Notes under the pieces: generated by a model
Databases searched by the model: none
What the model was told of the DNA's origin: nothing
What the model saw: only the letters and a program-made list of their open reading frames with translations
Position numbers and translations under genes: made by a program
Part shown: positions 37,316-45,805 of the stretch, in pieces
Layout of the letters: every line of letters starts with the position of its first letter
Position numbering within the stretch: position 1 is the first letter of the stretch
From: an uncultured bacterium
Lineage (GTDB): Bacteria; Oederibacteriota; PGYV01; CAWJRG01
Reading direction: 5' to 3'
Assembly (NCBI GenBank): GCA_963845185.1
Contig: CAWJRG010000009.1
Coordinates: 896,001 to 960,000 of the forward strand
Length of the DNA: 64,000 bases

Positions 37316-38833
37316 TCACGGGTGGAATTTTTCGATCCTGTTATTATACGTATCCTCAACATACACGTTCCCGTTGTTATCCGTTGCTATTCCTTCAGGA
37401 GAATTGAACTGGCCGTTGCTGGTTCCGGCGCTGCCCCATTGCGTTATATATGTGCCTGAACTGCTGAATTCCTGGATATTGTTATTGGTTGTGTCTGAAA
37501 CATACACGTTACCGCTGCTGTCTACTGCCACTCCCCACAGGCTTTCAAACTGCCCGTTGCCTGTTCCCTGGCTGCCCCATTGCGTTATATATGTGCCTGA
37601 AAGGCTGAATTTTTCAATTCTGTAATTCCCTAAATCCGTGACATATACGTTCCCGCTGCCGTCTGTTGCTATCCCTTCAATGCCGTTAAACTGCCCGTTG
37701 CCGCTTCCATTGGTGCCCCATTGGCCTATATATGTGCCCCAGGTGTAGAATTCTTCTATCCTGCTATTATAATTATCCGCAACATACAGCAGGCTGTTGC
37801 TGCCGTCCACTGCCAGCCCTTCGGCATAACCAAACTGCCCGTTGCCGCTTCCTTCACCGCCAAACTGGTTTATGTACGCGAATGAGCTGCTGAATTCTTC
37901 TATCCTTGGATATTCCGAGTCCGCGACATATATGTTCCCGCTGCTGTCAAATCCCAGTCCCCACGGCCAGTTAAACTGCCCGTTGCCGCTTCCGGAACTG
38001 CCAAATTGTGCTATGTAGGCTCCTGAGCCGCTGAATTCTTCGACCCTGTTATTATACGTGTCTGTAACATAAACATTTCCGCTGCTGTCGCATGCTATTC
38101 CAACAGGGTCATAAAACTGCCCGTTGCCTGTTCCGTAGCTTCCCCATGCGGTCACAAACATTGCGGTCATGGTTGCTGTCGCGTGCGCCGGTGCCAGTGC
38201 CGTTGCTGTTGCCTGCGCAATAGCCGTCAGTGTAGGGTTCATCACCAGCGCCGTTGCAGTTTCTATGGCCTGTGCAGTGGCTGTTTGCTGGGCATGAACC
38301 TGCGCCAAAGCTGTTTCCTGCGCCTGTGCCGTGGCTGTTTCCTGCGCCTGCGCCTGCGCGGTTGCTGTTTCCTGTGCCTGCGCCTGTGCAGTGGCTGTTG
38401 CTATTGCGGACGGCCCTGCTGTCTGCAATACCGCAGCTGTCGCAGTTGCCTGCGCCGACGGCCCTGCTGTCAATAATGCCGCTGCCGTGGCAGTAGCGAT
38501 GGTCCCTGCTATTGATGTCTGCTGCGCAGCTGCAGTTGCAGTGGCCTGCGCGGATTTCCCGGCTGTCAGCAATGCCCTCACTGTTGCAGTCTCGATAAGC
38601 CCTGCTATTGATGTCTGCGTCATTTGCGCCTGTTCTGTTGCAGTCGCCTGCGCCTGCGCGGTCGCTGTCGCCTGCGCAGACGGCCCTGCTGTTTCGAGGT
38701 AATCAATAGTGGCTGTCATATTGGGCGTGTCTGTAACTGTTGCCGCAGGGGACGCGGGTGAGGATTTTTTCGAGCAGTTGGAAATAATTACAATTGCGAA
38801 GAGAACTAATACAGGGACTAAAATTTTTTTCAT
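37316..38833 (-). CDS. NHL-repeat lipoprotein with long Ala/Thr/Gln stalk
   Basis: Likely start MKKILV at 38833 after GGAGG; ATATA/QAQ repeats, then six NHL units. Confidence 0.9.
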   Translation of the reverse strand: MKKILVPVLVLFAIVIISNCSKKSSPASPAATVTDTPNMTATIDYLETAGPSAQATATAQAQATATEQAQMTQTSIAGLIETATVRALLTAGKSAQATATAAAQQTSIAGTIATATAAALLTAGPSAQATATAAVLQTAGPSAIATATAQAQAQETATAQAQAQETATAQAQETALAQVHAQQTATAQAIETATALVMNPTLTAIAQATATALAPAHATATMTAMFVTAWGSYGTGNGQFYDPVGIACDSSGNVYVTDTYNNRVEEFSGSGAYIAQFGSSGSGNGQFNWPWGLGFDSSGNIYVADSEYPRIEEFSSSFAYINQFGGEGSGNGQFGYAEGLAVDGSNSLLYVADNYNSRIEEFYTWGTYIGQWGTNGSGNGQFNGIEGIATDGSGNVYVTDLGNYRIEKFSLSGTYITQWGSQGTGNGQFESLWGVAVDSSGNVYVSDTTNNNIQEFSSSGTYITQWGSAGTSNGQFNSPEGIATDNNGNVYVEDTYNNRIEKFHP

Positions 38834-38846
38834 ATTGCCTCCCTTA

Positions 38847-39045
38847 GTCAAATAATCCTGTGGATTATTTGACGGGTAGTATCAATAAATTATCATATTA
38901 AAACTACCCTAAGTTTACGAAATCATGTACTCCATGCTTCGCATGGACATGTCAGAGTAATGATTTTGCTTCTCTGTTGACGCTTGCAAAATCAAACTCT
39001 GTCAAGCCGCTCAAGTCCGAGGTTGTTAACCGAGGACAAGCGGTA
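38847..39045. repeat. Mosaic of type-C element, inverted A hairpin and B hairpin
   Basis: C at 38847-38909; TTACGAAATCATGTAC at 38915; A hairpin 38953-39001 reversed; B hairpin 39007-39045. Confidence 0.85.
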
Positions 39046-39372
39046 TTTTCATTTGGAATTTGGGATTCGAATGCTTGATGCCAAACCCCGGATATTAATG
39101 CTTATATAATGTATACTCCAATAACCTGGTTTTTTCAAGGTGTTTTGTTGTACGCTAAAGATATACGGACGCCTTGGGCGAGAAAGTTGAAAGTTGAACA
39201 GTAGACAGGCGATGGAAATAATGAGAAATGGAAAGTGGGAAACGGGAAGCGGGAAGCGGAAGAGTAACCCTAAATCCCCCTGGCCCACTTTGCTAAAGTG
39301 GGGCTACATTCCACGTTTCCCTTTTGATGCATTTGACAATTCAGACAGGTTCACATATAATAAAAAAATCAA

Positions 39373-39677
39373 GCACCGCTTGTCCGGATGAAACCCGGAC
39401 TTGAACGGGTGCGTGTTCTGGATTCGGGATTCAGTATTTGGGATTTGAGATTAAATGCCGAATGCCAAATAAACGAAATGATATCAAATACCTCTTGTCA
39501 GGATAAAACCCTGACTTGAGCGGGTACATGATTTCGTAATACTTTGCCGACGACTGTTGACGGCTTGCAAAAAGCTACACCTCTTGTCTCTCGCAGGCTC
39601 GAGACTGGAGCGGGTGTAAGCAAGAGTAATATTTTTGCTTCACCTGTTGACGGCTTGCAAAAATAAACTCTTGCTTA
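39373..39677 (-). repeat. Cluster of reverse-orientation A/B hairpin copies
   Basis: B at 39373-39412, 39489-39526 and 39577-39617; loop motif CTGTTGACGGCTTG near 39554 and 39644. Confidence 0.85.
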
Positions 39678-39690
39678 GGAGGTCTTTAAT

Positions 39691-39852
39691 ATGTGGAATA
39701 TATTTCATTTAGGCTTGAATCTGCTGCCGTTTATATTTTTAGCGGTTGTAATCATAGCCGTTTTCGTGGCGCTCGCGCCGCTGAAGCTATGGTCAATAGA
39801 CAGGACTTTAAAGGAGATATTGAAGGAACTGAAGAAGAAAAACGGCGGGTAA
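39691..39852 (+). CDS. Unlisted 53-aa single-TM small protein
   Basis: AGGAGG RBS; MWNIFHLGLNLLPFIFLAVVIIAVFVALAPLKLWSIDRTLKEILKELKKKNGG*; below the 60-aa track cutoff. Confidence 0.7.
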   Translation: MWNIFHLGLNLLPFIFLAVVIIAVFVALAPLKLWSIDRTLKEILKELKKKNGG

Positions 39853-39896
39853 ATAATTTATTTGCCGGTTTTTTGCCTTCTTTCTTTTAATAGCGT

Positions 39897-39935
39897 CACC
39901 CTCACCCTGTCCCTCTCCCGTCAAGGGAGAGGGAT
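39897..39935. repeat. CCCTCACCC..CCCTCTCCC..GGGAGAGGG REP-like palindrome between convergent genes
   Basis: CACCCTCACCCTGTCCCTCTCCCGTCAAGGGAGAGGG; sibling at 14976-15011. Confidence 0.75.
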
Positions 39936-39962
39936 GTGAATCGACCGGCATTTTTTGCGGGC

Positions 39963-40409
39963 TTATATAATATTATCCAGTATTTTTGCCGCGGATTTGA
40001 CAGCATCAAAGCACTTTGTCTCGAATAACTTTGCCTGCCTTGCCTTAGCCATGTTTTCCGGGGTTCCTATGTTTATCCCGAGTATTTCCTCGCATACGCA
40101 GGTCCCGTTTTTCCCGGCAAATTCAGCCATGAATTGCCTGCCAAGCTCGTAAGTCTTTAATTTCGCATCATTATCCTTTATGTCTGCTTTGCCGTATTTC
40201 ATTGATATTGCCATTAAAGCGCCTGTAACTGCGCCGCATAAACCAGTGCCTGTGCTTGCCACGCCGCCGCCGAATATTGTCGACAGCTTCAGCGCGCTGG
40301 CCTCGTCAAGCTTGTCTTCCTGCCTGTAAGCTGTAAAAACCGACTGCGAGCAGTTAAAGGCTTTTTTATATATCTCTATTGCTTTTTCATATCTTTGTGT
40401 ATTTGCCAT
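39963..40409 (-). CDS. C_GCAxxG_C_C family putative redox protein
   Basis: FNCSQSV, FGGG, GLCGAVTGALMAI, C.EILG, C. Confidence 0.9.
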   Translation of the reverse strand: MANTQRYEKAIEIYKKAFNCSQSVFTAYRQEDKLDEASALKLSTIFGGGVASTGTGLCGAVTGALMAISMKYGKADIKDNDAKLKTYELGRQFMAEFAGKNGTCVCEEILGINIGTPENMAKARQAKLFETKCFDAVKSAAKILDNII

Positions 40410-40433
40410 ATTATCGCCCTATCCTTTTCAATC

Positions 40434-40590
40434 TAACAGGTTGCTGAAAAATGCTGAAACTTGTCATTGCGAGCCCCGTTTTTATTTTTACGGGGCGTGG
40501 CAATCTCGTTTTTCCTTTTAAATACTGGGATTGCTTCGTCGCTTCGCTCCTCGCAATGACACCGCAAAATAGTTTCTCAGCAACCTGCTA
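40434..40590. mobile_element. MITE-like element with imperfect 18-bp TIRs enclosing a GTCATTGCGAG...CTCGCAATGAC palindromic element
   Basis: TAACAGGTTGCTGAAAAA / TTTCTCAGCAACCTGCTA (16/18); inner element 40463-40560. Confidence 0.7.
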
Positions 40591-40598
40591 AAATTATT

Positions 40599-42389
40599 TT
40601 ACTTCTTACTTCCGGCCATCCTTCCTGCCTCTGCCACTATATTCGCGGCAGTATCATTTGAAAGCATAAGTTCAATAGTGGTGATATCCCCGCATGAATT
40701 CTCGCCCTGTGTTTCAAATCCCTTGAATATATTTTTGACTGCCGCGATATTGCTCTCATAGCTGTCCGTATAAAAATAAGCAACCGGCAAACTGAGTTTG
40801 TCCGCGTCTTTTACTCCAAACTCGTCGGAATTAAAGCCTTCGTACCAGAGGTAATTGATATCCCTGACAAGCGCCATGGGCTCTATCATGGAAAAAAGCG
40901 GCAGCGGAATCATGAAGGCCTTCCTGAAATCGTCAAGGCTGTAAAGTTTGCTTTGGTAGTCTATGCCGATGTCCGGATGGTCCTCTTCGTCAAAAACTTT
41001 GGCGAGAACATCTTTGTTTGTCATTTTCCCGTAGCCAAGCTCCTCTGAAAACGGGCTCAAAGCGTCTGGTTTTAAAACCATCAGGTCGGACAGGGTTTTT
41101 ATTTTCAGGAAAAACTTCAGGTCTTCTGTCATTGACTCGCCTTTTGCCACAAGTTCATCGTAATAAAAAACATTTTTCCTGAAAAAACTTTTGCTGCCGT
41201 CGTTTCCTGTAATTGACGGGTTTATTAAAATCATGCCCTTGATGAAATTCTGGAAATTTATCCCGGAAGTGAGCGCTGCCGCCACCTGGTCGAACCCGTC
41301 CCCCCACGTCAGTATGTAGGCGTCGGTTTCCCTTCCGGCAATATAATATAGCGCGTCTTTGATGTCGCTTATAAATTCCTTCAATCCCCAGCCTTTGACC
41401 ACTTTTGCTATGTCATCTTCCCTGTAAAAAGGCACGTTATTATTCCTGTTTACCAGGACATAATTCTGGAACCCGGCCTTAATCAGGCCGGACAATATTT
41501 TATATGACCATCCCGCGCCCAGGTCGGACCCGGGTATTATTATAATAGTTTTATTTTTTTTGGCAGGCGGAAATTTATAAAGCATCACCCTTATATATTG
41601 AAAATATTTGTCATACTCCTGGCTGGCGCCTATATGTTTTATTACATAAGGAAGGCGCATTTTATCGCCCCTGATATGCGCTATTATGTCCATAAATTCC
41701 CCGAAAGTGGTATTTTTATATATAACGTACCGGTTAAGGTTGTATTTATCCGAGTTTAAGTTGTTCGGGCCGTCGTTTACGCCGAAAATAAGCTTGTAAT
41801 AATCCCTGCAGAAATTCTTCACCCTGGCGTCAAACATGCCGTAAGGATAGGCAAAAGTATCCAGCTCCCGTCCGAGCGCTTTTTCAAGCCTCTGCTTTGA
41901 TTTGACCACCTCAAAATTAAGTCCGGCTTTGCTTAATTTTGTGAGTAAAGGGTGCGTGTAGCTGTGGCATCCGAATTCGATCAGCGGGTTGGTTTTAAGC
42001 AGGTCCAAATCTTTTTCTTTAATATAACTTTCGTCGTCGCTGTAAATTACTCCCGGATACAAATAGAATGTCACCGGGATGTTATTTTTTACGACAATTG
42101 GGACAATATCCATGATGCTTTTCCATCCGTCATCTACGGTCAATACAACATTATTGCCTATATTATTTGCTTCCGAATAATACGCCTTTTCCAGTTCCGA
42201 GACCCTTATTATCGGCACCCTGTTCTTTTTTATGTAATCAATCTGCCATTCAAAAACATCCGGCAAAACAGCGTAAAGGTCATTAAGCGAATAGGTGAAC
42301 TTATGATAGCAAAGCGTGACATTTTCCGCCAGCAAGGCGGTAAAAAAAATTATAACAATAAAAAATAAAAAAACTGTTTTTTTCATCAA
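40599..42389 (-). CDS. Polysaccharide deacetylase (CE4-like) fused to an alpha/beta-hydrolase-like domain
   Basis: LCYHK, LTVDDGW, GCHSYTHP, FAYPYG; C-terminal half IIIIPG..ILTWGDG..ILINP. Confidence 0.8.
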   Translation of the reverse strand: MMKKTVFLFFIVIIFFTALLAENVTLCYHKFTYSLNDLYAVLPDVFEWQIDYIKKNRVPIIRVSELEKAYYSEANNIGNNVVLTVDDGWKSIMDIVPIVVKNNIPVTFYLYPGVIYSDDESYIKEKDLDLLKTNPLIEFGCHSYTHPLLTKLSKAGLNFEVVKSKQRLEKALGRELDTFAYPYGMFDARVKNFCRDYYKLIFGVNDGPNNLNSDKYNLNRYVIYKNTTFGEFMDIIAHIRGDKMRLPYVIKHIGASQEYDKYFQYIRVMLYKFPPAKKNKTIIIIPGSDLGAGWSYKILSGLIKAGFQNYVLVNRNNNVPFYREDDIAKVVKGWGLKEFISDIKDALYYIAGRETDAYILTWGDGFDQVAAALTSGINFQNFIKGMILINPSITGNDGSKSFFRKNVFYYDELVAKGESMTEDLKFFLKIKTLSDLMVLKPDALSPFSEELGYGKMTNKDVLAKVFDEEDHPDIGIDYQSKLYSLDDFRKAFMIPLPLFSMIEPMALVRDINYLWYEGFNSDEFGVKDADKLSLPVAYFYTDSYESNIAAVKNIFKGFETQGENSCGDITTIELMLSNDTAANIVAEAGRMAGSKK

Positions 42390-42464
42390 AATAGTCCTTT
42401 CGTGAATTCAGCATCATTGCATAAAGTGTTTTGAAATCATGCCTGAAACAGGCAGGAAAAACCG

Positions 42465-42818
42465 TTATTTTTTGAAAGCTTTTATTGCATCTTCAATGCT
42501 GCCATATGCATGTATTATATAATCAAGCCCCATTTGTTTAAAAACGTCGCTTACCTGGTCATTCATGCAGCAGAGCTTAATGTCGCCTTTATTATCCCGC
42601 GCAAATTTTAAATTGCCTATGAATACAACCCAGCCTGAACTGTTTATGTATTCAAGTCCTTCCATATCAATTAAAATTTGATAATTTTCCTCTTCAAGCA
42701 ATTTCATTATGGTCTTTTCTATCTCCGGATAGGTTTCTGCTTCCATTCTGCCTTTTACCCTTATTATCCTGACACCGTCACGTTCTTCCTGCTTTACTTC
42801 AAGTTGTTCGTCATCCAT
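42465..42818 (-). CDS. STAS-domain anti-sigma-factor antagonist
   Basis: ILIDMEGLEYINSSG motif; 117 aa. Confidence 0.9.
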   Translation of the reverse strand: MDDEQLEVKQEERDGVRIIRVKGRMEAETYPEIEKTIMKLLEEENYQILIDMEGLEYINSSGWVVFIGNLKFARDNKGDIKLCCMNDQVSDVFKQMGLDYIIHAYGSIEDAIKAFKK

Positions 42819-42947
42819 TTTTATCCTCGTTTTATAGTGCTTAAAGTTACAAACAATAATTTATCACACCAAAATAATTTCCGCAATTAAATTTTATGCT
42901 GATTTCCGTCGCGGTTCCAAAAAACATTCGCTCGTTTTAAATTTAAT

Positions 42948-43385
42948 TTATGATTTTTTCATTAAAAAATAATTGCGGTTTGATTTTATTATTTCGCCGT
43001 TTTTGTTTAATTTCCTGATGGTTTTCCCATCAGTCATGAGAAAATAAAGAATATCGCCGGAATTATCAGGCAAAAGGCGGTATAGTATCGCGGTGTTGTC
43101 ATTTTTAAACCCCTTAAGCGGCGCCCATTTGCCCTTTATTTCAACAACCCTTTCCCTTTCTTTTAAGAAAAGAAATGTTTCTTTCAGCGAAAATGTCATA
43201 TCGCCTTTTAAAGTTAGAATGGTGGTTACGCCTTTACAGCCTTTGCAGGGCAGCTCGCCTTCGTACACCACCGGCGGCCCCGGCTTTTTTGCGGCCACAC
43301 AATTTAAAAGTATTAATATAATTACCGGTATTATTAACCGGATTTTTTTCAAACAGTAAATATTCCCATTATGTATTTTAGTCAT
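42948..43385 (-). CDS. NlpE N-terminal-domain lipoprotein
   Basis: LLNC lipobox-like, YEGELPCKGCKGVTTILTL; likely start at 43385. Confidence 0.75.
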   Translation of the reverse strand: MTKIHNGNIYCLKKIRLIIPVIILILLNCVAAKKPGPPVVYEGELPCKGCKGVTTILTLKGDMTFSLKETFLFLKERERVVEIKGKWAPLKGFKNDNTAILYRLLPDNSGDILYFLMTDGKTIRKLNKNGEIIKSNRNYFLMKKS

Positions 43386-43386
43386 T

Positions 43387-43686
43387 TTACTCTTTTGTAT
43401 GTTGTTTTTTTCTGTAAATAAATACACCTGTAGCCTCTTTGTCGCTGTTCACTGCTTCCCCGTCAAAACCCATCATGACAAGTCTGGACACTGCCCGCTG
43501 TGCATCCACGCTAAAAGCAGCAAAGTCAAACATCCATAAATCATTTTTTTTATCAACATTGTGCTTTTTAAAAAGCGCCTTTTGCGGGTCCTTCGCTGCT
43601 CCCGCATACCATTCTGAATGTATGCCGCCTTTTTCCGCTGTATATTTAAGAATCTCATCTAAAATATCTTTTTCATTCAGTGCCAT
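43387..43686 (-). CDS. Hypothetical protein
   Basis: Likely start MALNEK at 43686 after AAGGAG; WYAG..DP..LF..HNV. Confidence 0.7.
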   Translation of the reverse strand: MALNEKDILDEILKYTAEKGGIHSEWYAGAAKDPQKALFKKHNVDKKNDLWMFDFAAFSVDAQRAVSRLVMMGFDGEAVNSDKEATGVFIYRKKQHTKE

Positions 43687-43826
43687 TTGCCGGTCTCCTT
43701 TTCCTAAAAAGGGCGTGTAATAAATTAAAACCTGACAAAATGGCCCAGCCAGAACATAAAAGGAATTACAAGTATATGCAATACCCACCACAGCGGCCTT
43801 AAAAACTTGAATTTGTCCATTTTATT

Positions 43827-44285
43827 TTACCTCCACAAAAGGTTTCCAAGATAATATACAAGCGAAAGAAGAATAAGGTGCACATACCAGAATCCCATAT
43901 TAGGATACCTTATCCAGCGCCAGCCCTGACTTTTAAGAGGAGCTTCCACCTGATAAACTTCAAAACAAAAAATTATCCTGCCCAGCAGGAACTTACACCA
44001 TAAAATAAATATGTCTGGAATCAAAGGTGCCTTTATTATTGAAAAATGAACCATTGTAATTGTTCCGATAATAGCCAAAAAACCGTTCAGGATATAGGCA
44101 AGATTAAGTGTTTTCCTGAAAATAAAAAGCAAGGGTATTACCAGCGCACTTAAAACCCCCGCTATAAAAGGTATATATCCGTATACATGTTTGGAAATCG
44201 GATGTACGCGGAGATGCAGCAGCAAGCCGCCAAGCGAAACCAGGAACAAGGCAATAATCATCATGGTTTTTACGTATCTTCTCAT
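43827..44285 (-). CDS. Hypothetical multi-pass membrane protein
   Basis: Several hydrophobic helices with His residues; AGGAGG RBS. Confidence 0.75.
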   Translation of the reverse strand: MRRYVKTMMIIALFLVSLGGLLLHLRVHPISKHVYGYIPFIAGVLSALVIPLLFIFRKTLNLAYILNGFLAIIGTITMVHFSIIKAPLIPDIFILWCKFLLGRIIFCFEVYQVEAPLKSQGWRWIRYPNMGFWYVHLILLSLVYYLGNLLWR

Positions 44286-44439
44286 TTCTTACACCTCCTT
44301 TTCGCATATATTATCATAAACTTTAAAATTTAAAACATAAAACTTTATAATTTCTGAGTATTAAGCAAAAAAAAAGGAACAGGTATTGAAAATTTTACGT
44401 CTAAATGGTAATATGAATAAACAATTTTAAAGGAGGCTG

Positions 44440-45171
44440 TTGATGAAAAAAAATAACGTTCAAACTTTAAAGTTTCTTGCTATTGCAGCATTGTTATTAC
44501 CCGTGTTATTTTCCGGTTGCACGCATGCTTATCTTGTTATGGTAGATTCTATAGGTAATAATCAGGCGCCGCAAAATGCAAGTTATATAATAGCGGCGGG
44601 CAACTCAAATACCGACTCAAACGACCTGCAGTTCCAGGAATATTCTTCGTACTTAGCTACGGCATTAAACGCACTGGGATATAAGCAGGTTGATTCTTCC
44701 CAGGCAGATAACGCGGATATTGAAATATTTCTGTCATATGGCGTGGGTGATCCCCAGAAACATCAATATTCCTATTCGGAACCTGTCTGGGGCCAGACAG
44801 GTACGCAGACAACCCAATATGCAACGGTAAGCAACGTCCACGGTACCCAGGTCATTAATTCTTACACGGATACGGAACCGGATTATGGCGTTGTCGGCTA
44901 TACCACCCAGGTCGGTGAATATACTACTTATGAAAAATATGTATTGATAGACGCTTATGACCTGAAAACCCGTACTTCCGACAACAAACTAAAGCATCTT
45001 TGGAAAACGTCAATAAACTGCTCAAGCAAAACTCCAAAGTTGAGAAAAGTATTCCCTATTCTAATAGCCGGTGCATGGCCGTATCTTGGAAAAAATACCG
45101 GTCAGGAAATAGAAGTTACCGTGCCTGTCGATTCAGAAGCCGTAAGTAAATTAAAGGGTACAACTCGATAA
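44440..45171 (+). CDS. Lipoprotein, DUF4136-like
   Basis: Lipobox LFSGC; ALNALGYK..ADIEIFLSYG..LIDAYD..LWK. Confidence 0.7.
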   Translation: MMKKNNVQTLKFLAIAALLLPVLFSGCTHAYLVMVDSIGNNQAPQNASYIIAAGNSNTDSNDLQFQEYSSYLATALNALGYKQVDSSQADNADIEIFLSYGVGDPQKHQYSYSEPVWGQTGTQTTQYATVSNVHGTQVINSYTDTEPDYGVVGYTTQVGEYTTYEKYVLIDAYDLKTRTSDNKLKHLWKTSINCSSKTPKLRKVFPILIAGAWPYLGKNTGQEIEVTVPVDSEAVSKLKGTTR

Positions 45172-45239
45172 ATTTTATTCAAAATATATTTTTAAATCTT
45201 TGGGTTGCATTCTAAAATTTTTATAATTAGGATTATCTC

Positions 45240-45770
45240 ATGAAAAAAATCACACTTATTTTGATAAGCATTATAATAATATTCCACCCTGTCATTGCAA
45301 GTCAATCTTACAATAAAAAACTTGAAGTAAAAGTTCACGAGCTAATAAATAAAGAGCGTATGAAGCACGGCTTAAAACCTTTCAAATACAGCAAGAAATT
45401 ATCTCAAATAGCAAGGGCGCACAGCATCGATATGGCAAACAGGGATTATACCAGCCATTATACGCCTGAAGGCTTGAATCCGTGGCAGCGCGCTGGAAAA
45501 GCAGGATTTAATATCTACAAAAAAGAAAAAAACGGAATAAGAAAAGGCGTGGGTGAAAATATTTATCAGCACTGGACCGCGATTGAACAAAACAACATCA
45601 AAACTCCATATCTTGAAAGCATAAATAAAGTCGCGCAGACTGCCGTGGAATCCTGGATGAACAGTCCGGAACACCGCGATAATATACTTAACCCGGATTA
45701 CACAATGGCAGGTATTGGCGCGGCTGTATCCAGTGATAAAAAAATTAAAATAACACAGGAATTTTTTTAG
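45240..45770 (+). CDS. CAP/SCP-domain secreted protein
   Basis: INKERMKHGL, ARAHSIDM, VGENI, WMNSPEHRDNIL. Confidence 0.92.
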   Translation: MKKITLILISIIIIFHPVIASQSYNKKLEVKVHELINKERMKHGLKPFKYSKKLSQIARAHSIDMANRDYTSHYTPEGLNPWQRAGKAGFNIYKKEKNGIRKGVGENIYQHWTAIEQNNIKTPYLESINKVAQTAVESWMNSPEHRDNILNPDYTMAGIGAAVSSDKKIKITQEFF

Positions 45771-45805
45771 GGGTATTCCGAGAAATTTTCCGGACTGAAA
45801 TTAAT

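Noticed and set aside
35217..38833. Diversity-generating retroelement targets
   Set aside because: No reverse transcriptase or template repeat seen. The helix-bundle gene at 9 kb fits the IVS family and is far away.
39693..39890. 65-aa track ORF (GTG start)
   Set aside because: The overlapping ATG frame at 39691 has better RBS spacing and a coherent TM helix.
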